Positions 41,695 to 54,090 of a stretch of 64,000 nucleotides of DNA are shown here, one piece after another; positions within the stretch are counted from its first letter, which is position 1; the number at the start of each line of letters is the position of its first letter. The DNA lies in NCBI GenBank assembly GCA_964016885.1, contig OZ024758.1:24924001-24988000 (forward strand), given 5' to 3'. The notes below the pieces were generated by a model. That model made no database searches. It worked only from the letters and a program-made list of their open reading frames with translations, and was not told the origin of the DNA. The position numbers and the translations under genes were made by a program. Source of the stretch: Eledone cirrhosa. Taxonomy: Eukaryota.

Positions 41695-42030
41695 AAGGGT
41701 CAACTGAAAAGTTCATAGGCTGGCAAAGATACTCTCATGGAATGACCAAATGGCGTTTATTTTTCAACATAGTCGCTGGAAAGAAACAATGTAGTTATTA
41801 ATAAGCAATGTTGAATTTAATGCATGCAAGATTTCACAGCTCTAGCATCACTCCATCACGGGCTGACCAAGATACTCTCATGGAATGACCAAATGAGGTT
41901 TATTTTTCAACATAGTCGCTGGAAAGAAACAATGCAGTTATTAATAAGCAGTATTGAAATTAATGCATGCAAGATTTCACAGCTCTAGCATCACTCAGTC
42001 AGCCTATTAACTTTTCAGCCGACTCTTGTA
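41695..42030. mobile_element. Mariner-like MITE with an internal duplication
   Basis: Same family as 43160-43262 and 47279-47472. Confidence 0.7.
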
Positions 42031-42349
42031 AATAGTGTAGCTTGTCAGACAGTAAATGACATTTCAAAAGGAATAATGTTAAATTTTAAACTTTAACAGG
42101 ACTAAGTCATATTCCTCCTATGATTTACTGATTTGAACTGATTCCGCGGCCCCCCCCCCCCCCCCTACACCATCCATTATCTGGGAAGATTTTTTCTTAC
42201 CGAAAATAATTAATGTTGTTTATAGAATAAACGACCGAGAGACGCCATCCGTGTATTTTCTCCAGACAATTCCTATTTTCTCCACCAGCCAATTTATATT
42301 TACTTAATAGTTCTTTCATCACTACTTTGTCAATTGCGTTGAAGTCTGT

Positions 42350-42393
42350 GCTTCGCTGATGAGGTCATACTACGGCTGAAACATGTCCGGTGT
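42350..42393 (+). ncRNA. Minimal type I hammerhead motif
   Basis: tcg-CTGATGA-ggtc-atactac-ggct-GAAAC-at-GTC-cgg, with palindromic ACATGT stem III. Confidence 0.7.
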
Positions 42394-42419
42394 TGCGTCA
42401 CCTATTTACTGAAATAATA

Positions 42420-42628
42420 GTTGCAAATTTAGGCACAAGGCCAACAATTGGGGGGGGGGGGCAGTCGATTAAATCGACCTCAGTACATTACTGGTGCTTA
42501 TTTTATCGAGCCTGTAAAGATGAAAGGCAAAGTTAACCTCAGCGGGATTTGAACTCATAACGTAAAGGGCCGTAACTAAGCCTTTAAGTATGTTGGCCGA
42601 CGCTCTACCGATTCTGCAAACCCACCGC
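42420..42628 (-). mobile_element. SINE family A with probable TSD
   Basis: Core on the - strand; ctatttactgaaataata occurs on both sides. Confidence 0.88.
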
Positions 42629-42971
42629 ACTATTTACTGAAATAATAAGAATAATATTGATTTTTAACATAAGCAAAGGCCTTAAGTTTTGTAACGTGTA
42701 TAGTGGATTATATCGATTTCAGTACTTCGAAACTCCTAAATCCAGGACATTCTCACTCCTGTTAGAGGACCCCCCCCTTTCCCGGTTGACCTCCACTGCT
42801 TCCTATTTCTGGCCATATAAGGCCATGTGCGGCCGAGGTATCGGGTCATTCAGTACTTAGTTGGTGCTTATTTTATCACCTCCTAGTTAAATACTTCATA
42901 TAAACTCTTTAAAGTTCTCTGCATTAAATATATTAAGAATACCTTAATAATGTATATCATTATTGTTAAGG

Positions 42972-43152
42972 CTGGTAGTATCGGTAGAAGGTCGAACGCC
43001 ATGCTTAGCAGCGTAGAGTTACGGCCCTTTATGGTCTGAGTTCAAATCCCGCCGAGGTTAACTTTGCCTTTCATCCTTACGGGGTCGATAAAATAAAGTA
43101 CCAGTAATGCACTGGGGTAATTGCTGGCCTTGTGCCTAAAGTAGAAACAATT
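42972..43152 (+). mobile_element. SINE family A
   Basis: A/B boxes and core. Confidence 0.9.
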
Positions 43153-43548
43153 ATTAATATCTACATTGTTTCTTTCTAGGTACTATGTTGAAAAATAAAC
43201 CATTTGGTCATTCCATGAGAGTATCTTGGTCAGCCTATGAGCTTTTCAGCTGACCCTCGTATGTTTTAATGGAAGTGGATGAGGAATGTAAATATAAGGT
43301 TACAACCAGTCACTGGTTGTAACCTTATATTTACATATAGAACAAATTTCTAGGATTTAAATACACAAATGTTCAGCAAATATGTACAAATTATAAACAA
43401 GAGTAAATGTATAAATAACTTGAGAGAAATAACTATTTGTAGAGATAAATATAGATTTAGAACCTACGACTTGTGATTTGGAAGCGAACCTCTTATTGAA
43501 AGCATAACTGTATAAGAAATACATTGTTGGTATTTTTGTATGTTACAC

Positions 43549-43589
<41 letters not shown>

Positions 43590-43594
<5 letters not shown>

Positions 43595-43796
43595 AGATCA
43601 AAAGATGGTTAAAAGAGTTCCATGTATTTTATTATGCGCATTTCAAATAAAATACATGGAATAAAATACATGGAACTCTTTTAACCATCTTTTGACCTTA
43701 TATATTATATATACTCCAGTCCTACAAACTGTAGAGTGCTACTTATCCGATATCTGCATTGCTTTATTGTACTACAATAAAACTCACCTCCTACAT

Positions 43797-43827
<31 letters not shown>

Positions 43828-43965
43828 GTGGAACACTGGAAGGTAATATCCGTAGTGGTAGAGCACTCAGTCCAAGGGACGAGTTAGGTAGAAGTGGTTA
43901 CACAACAGTTAGTTCACCATACCGAGAACAATTGTTTCACCTTAGCGGATCTTGAAGATCCGCTT
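43590..43965. mobile_element. Two (TA)n-flanked foldback fragments carrying hammerhead 3' halves
   Basis: The - strand has GAAAT-gcgc-ATA (about 43632-43643) and GAAAC-aatt-GTT (about 43927-43938). 43590-43633 is inverted against 43661-43703; GAGTGC motifs are present. Confidence 0.6.
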
Positions 43966-44110
43966 ATATATATATATATATATATATATAGATATATATA
44001 TAGATATATATATAGATATATATATAGATATATATATATATATAGATATATATATATAGATATATATATAGATATATATATAGATATATATATAGATATA
44101 TATAGATATA

Positions 44111-44296
44111 TAACAAAGAAAGTGAGGTAAAAAAAACAGGTGGACCATAACGCACCAGGGTAGTCGATACTTAGGGTAGTAGAGCGGGTAATAGGAAAAG
44201 AGTCAAGACCCCGACAGTATGATACTGCTGGATTAGTTCGGATCTAGCTGTCAAAACGGCCAGAGCTCAGCCGTCGGGGTCCTGACTCTTTTCCTA
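44111..44296 (-). mobile_element. Diverged family H2 foldback element
   Basis: Arms ggaaaagagtcaagacccc / ggggtcctgactcttttcc; terminus similar to 6217-6295. Confidence 0.72.
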
Positions 44297-44422
44297 TATA
44301 TAAGAGAGAGATATCCGAGAAAAATCAGGCATTCCTGATTTTTTCATACGAAGGAAACATTTCTAGCCATGTAGAAGCCATTCACATTATATATATATAT
44401 ATATACACACACACATATATAT

Positions 44423-44481
<59 letters not shown>

Positions 44482-44911
44482 TGTTGTGTCAATATAGTTG
44501 ATACAAGTATATTTGAAAAGCGATAATGTCCTGCAGAATTCCTGTTTAAAATGAATGGATTTAATTTGTAAAAAGATATCAAGTTGAATTTAAAACCAAC
44601 GTTAGTAATATCATTGATAACCGACTACAGCCATCTGCAGTGAATTAAACCGCCATGTGAGACAAAGCAAACACTAACCAATGATTGACAACTTACGTTT
44701 TAAGTCTTTTATTGTAATTACTGGACCTAGTGTAGTTTTCATTGTAAAAATGTTTCTGGACATTTGACACCTCTTCCAAAACATTTCTCTTTCGTTACCA
44801 CATATTTTTCTTAATTTTTTCAACAACATTGCTCGTATTCAGAGATTCATTCAACTATTCTTTTTCATCCAGTGTTATATGTACATTCGCCTGCTAAGTT
44901 CTATACTTTAA

Positions 44912-45127
44912 CCCTTTTGGTATCAAACTGCCTGAAACTGCCCCAGGTTCTATGATACAAAACTCCTTATTTTAAAGTATTTATGTTTACCTATAAACTT
45001 TTGTTAGGTTATGTTCCAAAAACCAGTTTGACAATGAGAAAGTTATGTTACTAAAACTCTCAAATATCTTGGTTATTTAAAAAAAAAATTGAAAACCATA
45101 GAAGTGTATTTTATGGTAACGAAAGGG
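44912..45127. mobile_element. Second piggyBac-like MITE family
   Basis: TTAA|CCCTTT...AAAGGG|TTA. Confidence 0.5.
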
Positions 45128-46079
45128 TTAGGGTTAGAAGAGAAATTTATTTTTTTTTTTCCCCCTGTGGAATGCGAGTTAACCCCGTTATGTCTCGTGC
45201 AGTGATAGTCGCAGCTGGATGCAATGGGGCGATAGCAACCCATCTGAGGAAGGCACCCTACGAGGTGGGGGGGGGGGGCTATTGCAGATGGCATCTCTGG
45301 CCATTGTCCACGGAAATGCCTTTGCAACTTTGTCCACTGTGCGCAGCCGAAACACCACTGACTCAGGTGTAGAGTGTGTCACCCCCCCCCCCCCTTCATC
45401 CTTCCGTTGCCTAATAGTCCTTGCTCTTTCCCTCCCTTTCCTCTCATTTATGGCATGTATAGTCCTTTCCAATACTGCTTCCTTTTTCTGTACATTTTGC
45501 TGTAGTGTAGGTAACCCGTCTAGGATAGCTACCACCCCGAATAAATTGGTGTGGGGTGGAGAAGCCCCCTAAGTCAAGTAAAACGACTTTCCTAGTGCTG
45601 GTGGCACGAATAAAAGCACCCGGTCCATGCTGTAAAATGGAGGTAATGGTAGTAGCATTCAGCTGTTAAAAACCATTCCAAAGTATGGGGTGGAGAGGGC
45701 CCCTGAGTCCAGTAAGACAACCTCTAGTGCTGCTGGCACGAATAAAAGCACCCAGTCTATGCTGTAAAGTTGTGCTGGTGATAAGAAGGGCATCCCACCA
45801 GTATATTAATGCCAAACATTATGAGGGTTCGTATCCGTCAACTAAACTGTATAGGTCATACTTCGGATCCCATCATTGGTGCTGTTTCATGTCATTACTG
45901 TCAAATCCCTTAATAATTCAGTCCCCCTGAAAAGATACAGTTCATCGCGATATAAGTGACAAATATTTTATTTGGTAATAAAGTTGGGCACAAAAATCCT
46001 TTAAGAGACTTGGAGAAAACAAGAAACCACTGAAGGTTCCAGGTGATGGTGTAAAAGCAAGCGACGGATTAAGTCTACC

Positions 46080-46754
46080 TTGGAAGAGTCTTTCCAACGA
46101 CACCAAGATCAGACTCTTCAAGTAACAATTCAACCAATCTTATTATATGGAAGGGAAACATGGACGCTTTCATCCAAACAAGAAAAGCACCTTGATGGCA
46201 CCTACACTCGCCTGCTTCAGCGCATTCAGAGTATAAGCTGGCGACATCTGACAGAGATATATGCCGGCCTCCCACGCATATCTGTCGTTGTACGTCCAAG
46301 GAGAGTAAGATTTACTGGCCACTGGCATCGTGCCACCTATGAGGCTGTGTCCCCATTAGTGCTTTGGAAGCCACAAACAGTCACTAATAACAGGGGCCAC
46401 AAGCTCTCCTATCCCGATTTGCTGGCCACTGCTATCGTGCCACCTATGAGGCTGTGTCCCCATTAGTGCTTTGGAAGCCACAAACAGTCACTAATAACAG
46501 GGGGAACAAGCTCTCCTATCCCGATTTACTGGCCACTACTATTCTGTCACCTATGAGGCTGTGTCCCCATTAGTGCTTTGGAAGCCACAAACAGTCACTA
46601 ATAACAGAGGGAACAAGCACTCCTATCCCGATGTCATCTCCAGAGATTCTGGTATTGAAATCCAGGACTTGGCAACGGCAATGAACGACAGACCCACGTG
46701 GAGATCAATTGTTGAGTCGATTTCGGCTGAGGCTGCCGGATCATGATGATGATG
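46080..46754 (+). mobile_element. 5'-truncated degenerate RTE LINE (second family) with 9-bp TSD and (TGA)n tail
   Basis: Encodes ILLYGRETWTL..LDGTYTRLL..RFTGH. TSD aagtctacc at 46071-46079 and 46755-46763; internal 107-bp triplication at 46311-46631. Confidence 0.88.
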
Positions 46755-47278
46755 AAGTCTACCACCCAAGAATTCAAAACACAAAGATTCAGAACAAATA
46801 CCACGAAGGTTCCAGGTAATAGTGTTAAACCAAGCGACGGATTAAGTCTACCACCAAGGAATTCAGAACACAAAGACTCGGAACAAATACCACGTGGTAT
46901 TTCATTCAACGATTCAACAATCCCGTTTATTCACCGACCATGCGAGGATGAAAGACAAATTTCACCTCAGAACGTCAGAACAAATACCGCAAAACATACT
47001 TTTTCCTACGTTCTAACGACTAATTCACCGCCTTCCTTATCTAACCTGACAATTTGGGATTCTCTCCTCTCAAGTATGTAGTGCTATTCCATTAACAAAT
47101 AATAGACTATTTGTTACACTTCCAAGATAAAAATGAATTATATAGTCGGGAGATATATATCTGGGAGATACAGGGTTCGTTTCCTTGTAGCGGCTGATGA
47201 CAACTTCGTTTTTCGTCTTCAAGGTTCTTCACCTTATTTTATAGCATCTCCGCACATGAGCAAACCAGTCTGTATATA

Positions 47279-47472
47279 CGAAGGTAGGCTGAAAAGTCAT
47301 AGACTGAACATGAAGTAGTGATGCTAGTGCTGTGAAATCTTGCTCGTATTAATTTCACCCCTTTTTATTAATAACAACATTGTTTCTTTCTAGACTATGT
47401 TGAAAAATAAATCTCATTTGGTCATTCCATGAGAGTATCTTGGTGAGATATGAAATGTTCAGTCAACCCTCG
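47279..47472. mobile_element. Mariner-like MITE
   Basis: TA|CGAAGGTAGGCTGAA...TTCAGTCAACCCTCG|TA. Confidence 0.75.
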
Positions 47473-48097
47473 TATATAGAAATTCCTGATAGTGTCACTT
47501 AAAATAGCCAGAACATTATCTATCGATATAATACTGTCCAGACATGATTCAGTGATTAAAAATTGAATGAGAACATACCGCGGAGTGTGTCTGATTCTTT
47601 GTTCTACGTAAGGTGAAAACACGGAAGCCTACGTCAACTTGTATTTAGCAGATCTTAGGGTCCCTGAGAAAACGCGGAAGCTACGTTAACTTGTACTTAG
47701 CAGATCTTTCCACTCCCTTTCTTTTAATCTGACCAATCCGCTGCTACCTTGTCCAAATCAGAATACAGGTTAGCCATTTTGATTTTTCGAAAATCTTAAC
47801 AGTGGGAGTTCGGCTCTTCCGTGTTCGGAACACATTGGTCAGCACTTGGAATTTGGTTTGTTTCCTCGATTGTTGGAAAGGAATGTGTATTATGCTTCAT
47901 AACCACACGTTTCTCTACTGAGAATATATAGGATGTGAATGAAAAGTAATTTAAAATAATGGCATAGGATTATTTCTCAGAGACGCTTTCTGCACGAAAA
48001 ACACAGTTAATTGTAAACTAACATACTCAATGTAGTGAGACAAAAACATATTTGTAAACAGTAAAAAATTACATCTGTAATGACAAAAAAATACATT

Positions 48098-48286
48098 AAC
48101 TGTTTCTACTTTAGGCACAAGGCCAGCAATTACCCAGTGCATTACTGGTACTTTATTTTATCGACCGCCGTAAGGATGAAAGGCAAAGTCAACCTCGGCG
48201 GGATTTGAACTCAGATCGTAAAGGGACGTAACTATGCTGGAAAGCATGGCGTCCGACTCTCTACCGATACTGCCAATCCACCGCCC
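48098..48286 (-). mobile_element. SINE family A with TSD aaaatacattaac
   Basis: Full-length copy; the flanking direct repeat is on both sides. Confidence 0.92.
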
Positions 48287-48875
48287 TTAAAATACATTAA
48301 CGTTTGATAATTCTAATGCAGGGTTTATTCTTTTACTCTCTTACCTGTTCCAGCCATCCGGCTGAGGCCATGCTGGGGTTTCCCAAACTTTTTTCAAACG
48401 CGGAACCCTTTGGTTCAGAAGCTTTTAGGGAGACCCCAAAGTCTAAAACTGTTATATAACAGTATATAAATATACTCCTCTACCTTTTTTTTTTTCATGA
48501 AACCCCAGACACTCCTTTGCGGAACCCATTTTGTGAATGAGGACATACAATGATGAGTGTCGGTGATGTTGTGACGTTTTCTGCTAAATATTTATTTAGT
48601 TGTCACAATTACTGCCCCCCACTAAAAGAATTCTTCCTACGCCCTATTTAACAAATTGTCTCTATATACACAAAGAATAGTAAGAGAACTGTCAATGTAG
48701 TATTGTTTACGTCGACATGAATCGGGACGAAAATAAAAACAAGATACTAACTCAAAGGTTGTCTATTTGGTTGTCTTTTGCCAAACGTTTTCCACTTCTC
48801 CAAAGTAAAACAACGTATTTATTATTATGGATGTTTAAACATGGCAACTTTTCCTCTCGTGTCAGTTTCTTCTTT

Positions 48876-49330
48876 TTTAACCATCAAACCATTCAGGTAA
48901 AGTCTTCTCTTTCTTTTCCTCTCCCACATTTCTCTCTCTCTCTCGCTGTTTCTCCCCTTTTTTGACCATCAAATTATTCAGGTAAAGTCTTCTCTCTTTT
49001 CCTCTCCCCCATTTCTCTCTCGCTGTCTCTCCCCTTTTTAACCATCAAACCATTCAGGTAAAGTCTTCTCTTTCTTTTCCTCTCCCCCATTTCTCTCTCT
49101 CCCCTTTTTAACGATCAAACCATTCAAGTAAAGTCTTCTTTCTTTTCCTCTCCCCCATTTCTCTCTCTCTCGCTGTTCCTCCCCTTTTTTGACCATCAAA
49201 TTATTCAGGTAAAGTCTTCTTTTTTCTTTTCCTCTCTCACTCTCTTTAAACCATCAAATCATTCAGATAAATTATCTCTCTCTCTGTTTCTCCTTTTTAA
49301 TCAAATCATTCAGATAAATTTTTCTCTCTC
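48876..49330. repeat. Imperfect tandem repeat of about 70-85 bp, each unit with CAG|GTAAAG and a polypyrimidine tract
   Basis: ttttaaccatcaaaccattcaggtaaagtcttc occurs 5 times, plus 2 degenerate copies. Confidence 0.85.
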
Positions 49331-50299
49331 TTCCCCTTTCTTTTTATATCTCTCTGTTTCTCTCCCTCTCCCCCCCCCCCTATTTCTATACTCTATCATA
49401 CCCTCCCACCCACCATTAACTCACATTCACCATTCACACACATATGCAAACACATTCTTTCAAAGTACTCTCAAAGTAAACATTTTATACACTTAAGCAA
49501 CCACAAAATCTCTTATTTCTTCAGAAAATGTTAAATTGGTTTACTAGCTGTGAAGCAATCGTCGTCATAAAAGTATTTACTTCGTTGTTTTTTGTGTCTT
49601 CAGCGATTAAGAATTTCACTGTTGTGGATGAGTAAAAATATAGGCTATAAACAGATCTTTTGTCGACTGAGGCTTGTCATAACAAAGTCGTGTCATGACA
49701 ATCATTAGCATTCAAAACATTCTTTTGATTATTACGAGGGTTTAGTGATTTAATGGCAACCAGAGAAGAGTTTTCTAAATGGATCTATCAATGGTACAAA
49801 ATACAATAAATTTTCCCCATTCTTTCCTCTTGTTTTTTTTTCACCATTTCATCAGTGGAAAGAAAAAGAGGTTTATGATATGACGCCCGACACTAATGAT
49901 GGAAAACGCGTCGTCTGGCCGCCTTTACTTCTCAAATGTATTTCACAGGAGTAAAAGAGAACGACTAAGAGGAACATTAACTCTTCAACGTATCTATTTC
50001 TAATTTATTCAGCGTTCCAATTAGCCCCTTTAGAAACTCTTCTTTGTATTGTTTTTGTTTTCATTTCTTTCCCCTCCTTTTCTTCTTTTTTTGTAACATC
50101 TTTTTTTGTGTTTAGTCCCCCACCACACACACACATCATACACTCAACACAACACACATATGCACACACCAAAGAATGATTCGATTGGGGGTTATAAATG
50201 AGGATTTGCATATATGTATAATTGTATAGACATGTATGTATTGACTTGTATGTATGTATAAACGTGTATGCATGCATGTATGTATGTATGTATGTACGT

Positions 50300-50885
50300 A
50301 TAGACTCGTAACTACTGGCGGAGTCGAAAGAGAACCTTGATAACATACTGCATGTCTTGAGGTATTTTAAACCTGGCAGAGCCCATTCCTGGCAGAGTCC
50401 ATTCTCTCTCCAGAGCCCATTCCTGGCAGAGCCCATTCCTGGCAGAGCCCATTCCTGGCAGAGCCCATTCCTGGCAGAGCCCATTCCTGGCAGAGCCCAT
50501 TCTCTCTCCAGGTCTGAACACAAACATTTTCTTCCAGAAGAGGAGAAGGAAGAGAACAAAAAGAGACGGGGTTGGTGGTGCTAAAAGGAGTATGTGAGTG
50601 AGTGAGAGAGAGAGGAAATCAGAAAGAATCGACCCAGTACTGAACTCGTACTTTTTTATCGACCTCCAAAGGATGAAAAGCACAAAGTTGTCCTTGGTGG
50701 ATTTTTCGAACTCAGAGCGCAGAAAGCCAGAACCAATATCACAAAGCATTCTATTCAACGTTCTATCCAGTCAGGATGAAAGCACAGCTAAGCTCGGCAG
50801 GATTTGAACTCAACTTAAATGGCCATAGCTCTATGCCGCAAAGCATGTCGTTCGACGCTCTACCAATACTGCCAATCCGCCACCC
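50300..50885 (-). mobile_element. SINE B (with an internal 17-bp tandem, cctggcagagcccattc) followed by a SINE A fragment
   Basis: Core and B-box on the - strand. Confidence 0.8.
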
Positions 50886-51711
50886 TCAAGAAATTCTACT
50901 TCATTTGAAAACGACGGTAAATTTCAAGAAAATTTGGAATATTTCTGAAAGGTTCCACTTGACATAGATAGACTTATGTAGTAGATGAGAGCAACCAAAT
51001 AGTGAGATGTGCAGAAGTTCGGGTTAACCTACTGACTTCCAAACTCTTTGTATCAGCGCGCGCGCAAGTATTATTTTTGAATACAGAAGGCAGTACGGAT
51101 GGCCGAAATGCTTACAACATAGTCCTTGCGTCCCTTCAATGGGATCCACTAAGTGGTAGAGTTAAACCAGGTAACATTACGTCTACCACTCAAGAAATTT
51201 GAATAACAGTGAGATTTGAACTTAGATTGCAAAGAACTATAACAAATACCGCAAGGCATCTCTTCTGATTCTCAATCCATAACCATGAACTGATACTTCA
51301 TTTTATCGATCTCCGAAATTTACGAAGAGATTCCTGTGTCCCTTTTCCGCCAAGTAGTGCATAGGCCAAGGGTCCCAAAAGACGATGCCCGCAAACTACT
51401 TTTCTATGACCCGCAGAAGAACAATTTTCACAACTAATATTTTCCTAAAACTTCGTAATTTTTCCTTCACCCCTTCCATACTTTTGTAACAGGAATAGTA
51501 TTAACAGTAAATATTGAATACATACTAACCTATCAGCTGTATTGTAGGTTTATTAACTATAAAAAAATTAAAAAAATAGTCGAACATGTTAGTCATTTAA
51601 GCACCTAAAACCAGAAAAGATTGACAATTTCACCTGCCTTTATTTCTAATTTAGGTACAAGGCCAACAAAATTAGTGGAAGGATAAAAGCTGATTAAACT
51701 GTACCCATGAA

Positions 51712-52150
51712 TGAATTGTCAGAGTCGTTAGAACGTCTGATAGAATGTTTTATGGTATTAATTCCAGCTCTCTGCTCTTTGAGTTCAAATCCCACCGAGG
51801 TCAACTTTGCCTTTCATCCTTTCGGGGGTCGATAAAAAAAAAATACCAGTCTAATACTAGGGTCGATTCTTCCCCTCCCTGGAAGAAATCTGCTGTACTC
51901 AGGCCTGGAGAGGAATGGGATCTGCCAGGCTTAAAATGCCCAAGAAACGCCGTATGTCAATATGGCGTCCCTACAACTCTATCAGGAGTTACGGGACCAT
52001 ATATACATAATTGACTTCTAATTTATTATATCTATCGCAGTAGAATAAAAGGCAAAGTTGAACTTGGCGGGATTTGAACTCAGAATATAAAGAGCCAAAA
52101 CAAATATCACAATAGCATTTTATCCGACGCTCTACCAATTCTGCCAATCA
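51712..52150. mobile_element. SINE B (+, 51712-52000) and a SINE fragment (-, 52030-52150)
   Basis: B-box gagttcaaatccc and core. Confidence 0.82.
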
Positions 52151-52227
52151 CTAACCCTTGATCCTTGTTAATTATCAATTTCAGTTTTCGTATGTCCTTG
52201 ACTTATTTTATTTTTCATTTTTCTCAG

Positions 52228-52459
52228 CGAGAATGTATTTCAATACACGTTGGTCAAGCGGGAGTTCAGATTGGAAACGCCTGCTGGGAACTTTATTGCT
52301 TGGAGCACGGCATACATCCTAGTGGCTACCTTCAACAAGACAACCCAGACGAAGCTGATCTCAATGAAGAAATTTCTTTTAATGCTTTCTTTCGAGAGAC
52401 CACTGCTGGCAAGCATGTCCCTAGAGCCGTGTATGTCGACTTGGAACCCAGTGTTGTAG
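52228..52459 (+). CDS. TUBA: Alpha-tubulin, coding exon beginning at codon 2 ([12 protein letters not shown]...DLEPSVV)
   Basis: Polypyrimidine-CAG acceptor and G|GTTAGT donor. Translates [29 protein letters not shown]...[14 protein letters not shown]; 232 nt, 9 nt longer than the canonical protein requires. Confidence 0.97.
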
Positions 52460-52870
52460 GTTAGTAAATAATTATATTGGTGCATCTATTCGTATGGTAT
52501 GAAAAACAAATGCAAAGTGCGCTCGCACTGTGTGTCTGTGTGTGCAGGGCGTCTGTATGTTTGCTGGTAGAACTGAAATGTATTTAATTTAAATTTTTAA
52601 TAGGTCGTGTTGATTCGATTTACTTTACTTGGTATCTTATCTGGCACTTACAGCTCTCTATCAATCGGGCAATGCGGTCAGTGGAAATTCCACATTAGCG
52701 TTCTAAAGAGGACAAGTGTTGAGCAAGCGCATCGGCGCTCTCCGTGAAATTCTCGGCGTCGACGAGAACGAACTAGCGAGTCTGTGTGTTTCTCCTCCTC
52801 TAAATCATTCATTTTTTTTGTTGTTTTCTAAATTTAATCTTAAATTACGAAATCCCGCTTTGAATTTCAG

Positions 52871-53019
52871 ATGAGGTCCGTACAGGCATGTACAGTCAAC
52901 TTTTCCATCCCGAGCAACTCATCAGTGGCAAAGAGGATGCTGCGAATAACTACGCGAGAGGTCACTACACAGTTGGCAGAGAAATAATTGACCAGGTTCT
53001 CAACTCCATCAGGAAAATG
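52871..53019 (+). CDS. TUBA: Alpha-tubulin exon (DEVRTG...[13 protein letters not shown]...IRKM)
   Basis: tttcag acceptor and ATG|GTAAGA donor; 149 nt; phase matches the previous exon. Not in the ORF track. Confidence 0.97.
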
Positions 53020-53085
53020 GTAAGATTGTTTAACCAAATGTTAATCTTCAAGAGAGTTAATATTTAACAGAGAGCTTATAAAATA

Positions 53086-53315
53086 ATGGAGGTTATTACT
53101 CGATTGTTTTTAATCTTTGAACACCCGAGATCAGACCTGTCAACTCCTTCAGTTCAATGGGGAGATCACCCACCCACTTTGGGGTGGGTGAGAGATGTCT
53201 TCTCTTGTGGAAATGGGTATAGCTTTCATTATGTAAAATCTCCCCATTTCTCTCCGTTTTTTAGAGACTTGTTTTCATGGTACTCCCTGTTTGAGGTTGG
53301 CAGGCCTGCGAGATG
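53086..53315. mobile_element. Interspersed repeat, with an inverted relative at about 62990-63178
   Basis: ctttcattatgtaaaatctcccc versus ggggagattttatataatgaaag. Confidence 0.7.
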
Positions 53316-53477
53316 AGCTGTCGTTAATATATCAGGCGATTAACCTCATACTTAGAGATTAAAGATTGTTGTCTTTACTTTATTTTTATATTTACATTAC
53401 ATTTCAGTTAGATTAATCTCCAATCGTCTTTAGGGTTTGTACCCAGTACCGGACTGAATTAAATCTAAGAACTGATA

Positions 53478-53687
53478 TAGGGTGACCACAAAAGCACCGA
53501 GCTTGATTATCGCATTGATGTTTGTTGAGCAACAAAAGGGGCACACATCGAGTGTGTATGAGATCGATCAAAACTGCATGAAACTTTATTAGTTTATGCA
53601 ACTGTAGCCCCAATATTGTAAGAATATTCATTTAAGTTTTCATATTATAAGTATTTGAAATCAAGGAGTGTTTTTGTGGTCACCCTG
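53478..53687. mobile_element. Tc1/mariner-like MITE
   Basis: TA|TAGGGTGACCACAAAA...TTTTGTGGTCACCCTG|TA. Confidence 0.8.
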
Positions 53688-54090
53688 TATTATTTATAAG
53701 TTAGGGGTAATAACGGTCTCAATAGAAAATGGTGCATGTACAATTTTTTTTTTTTTTTTTTTTTTTTTTTGCGATCCTGATTATCGAGAAAAAATTCTGA
53801 GAAATCCGTTTACCGATGTATAAGAGTAAAACATACATAACTTTATGTGTTCAAAATATAAACAGACTTACTGTTGAAGGGATCTTCTGGATAAACTTCA
53901 AATTCTTGGTTAAAAGGTTTAAGTACTGCAACAACTAGAGTCGTTTGGCTGCTGTCACACTCCGGTTATTCTCGTTGTTTCACGTAGAAGACGCGACCTA
54001 TTTTTGCATATGAATAAGTGTGCAACATATCGCCGGGCAAGTCCATTTATATATTGGTAGGACATGCAGTATATAGTCTCTATACAGCTA

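Noticed and set aside
52165-52227. N-terminal extension [21 protein letters not shown] on tubulin
   Set aside because: This is the intron polypyrimidine tract and acceptor read in frame.
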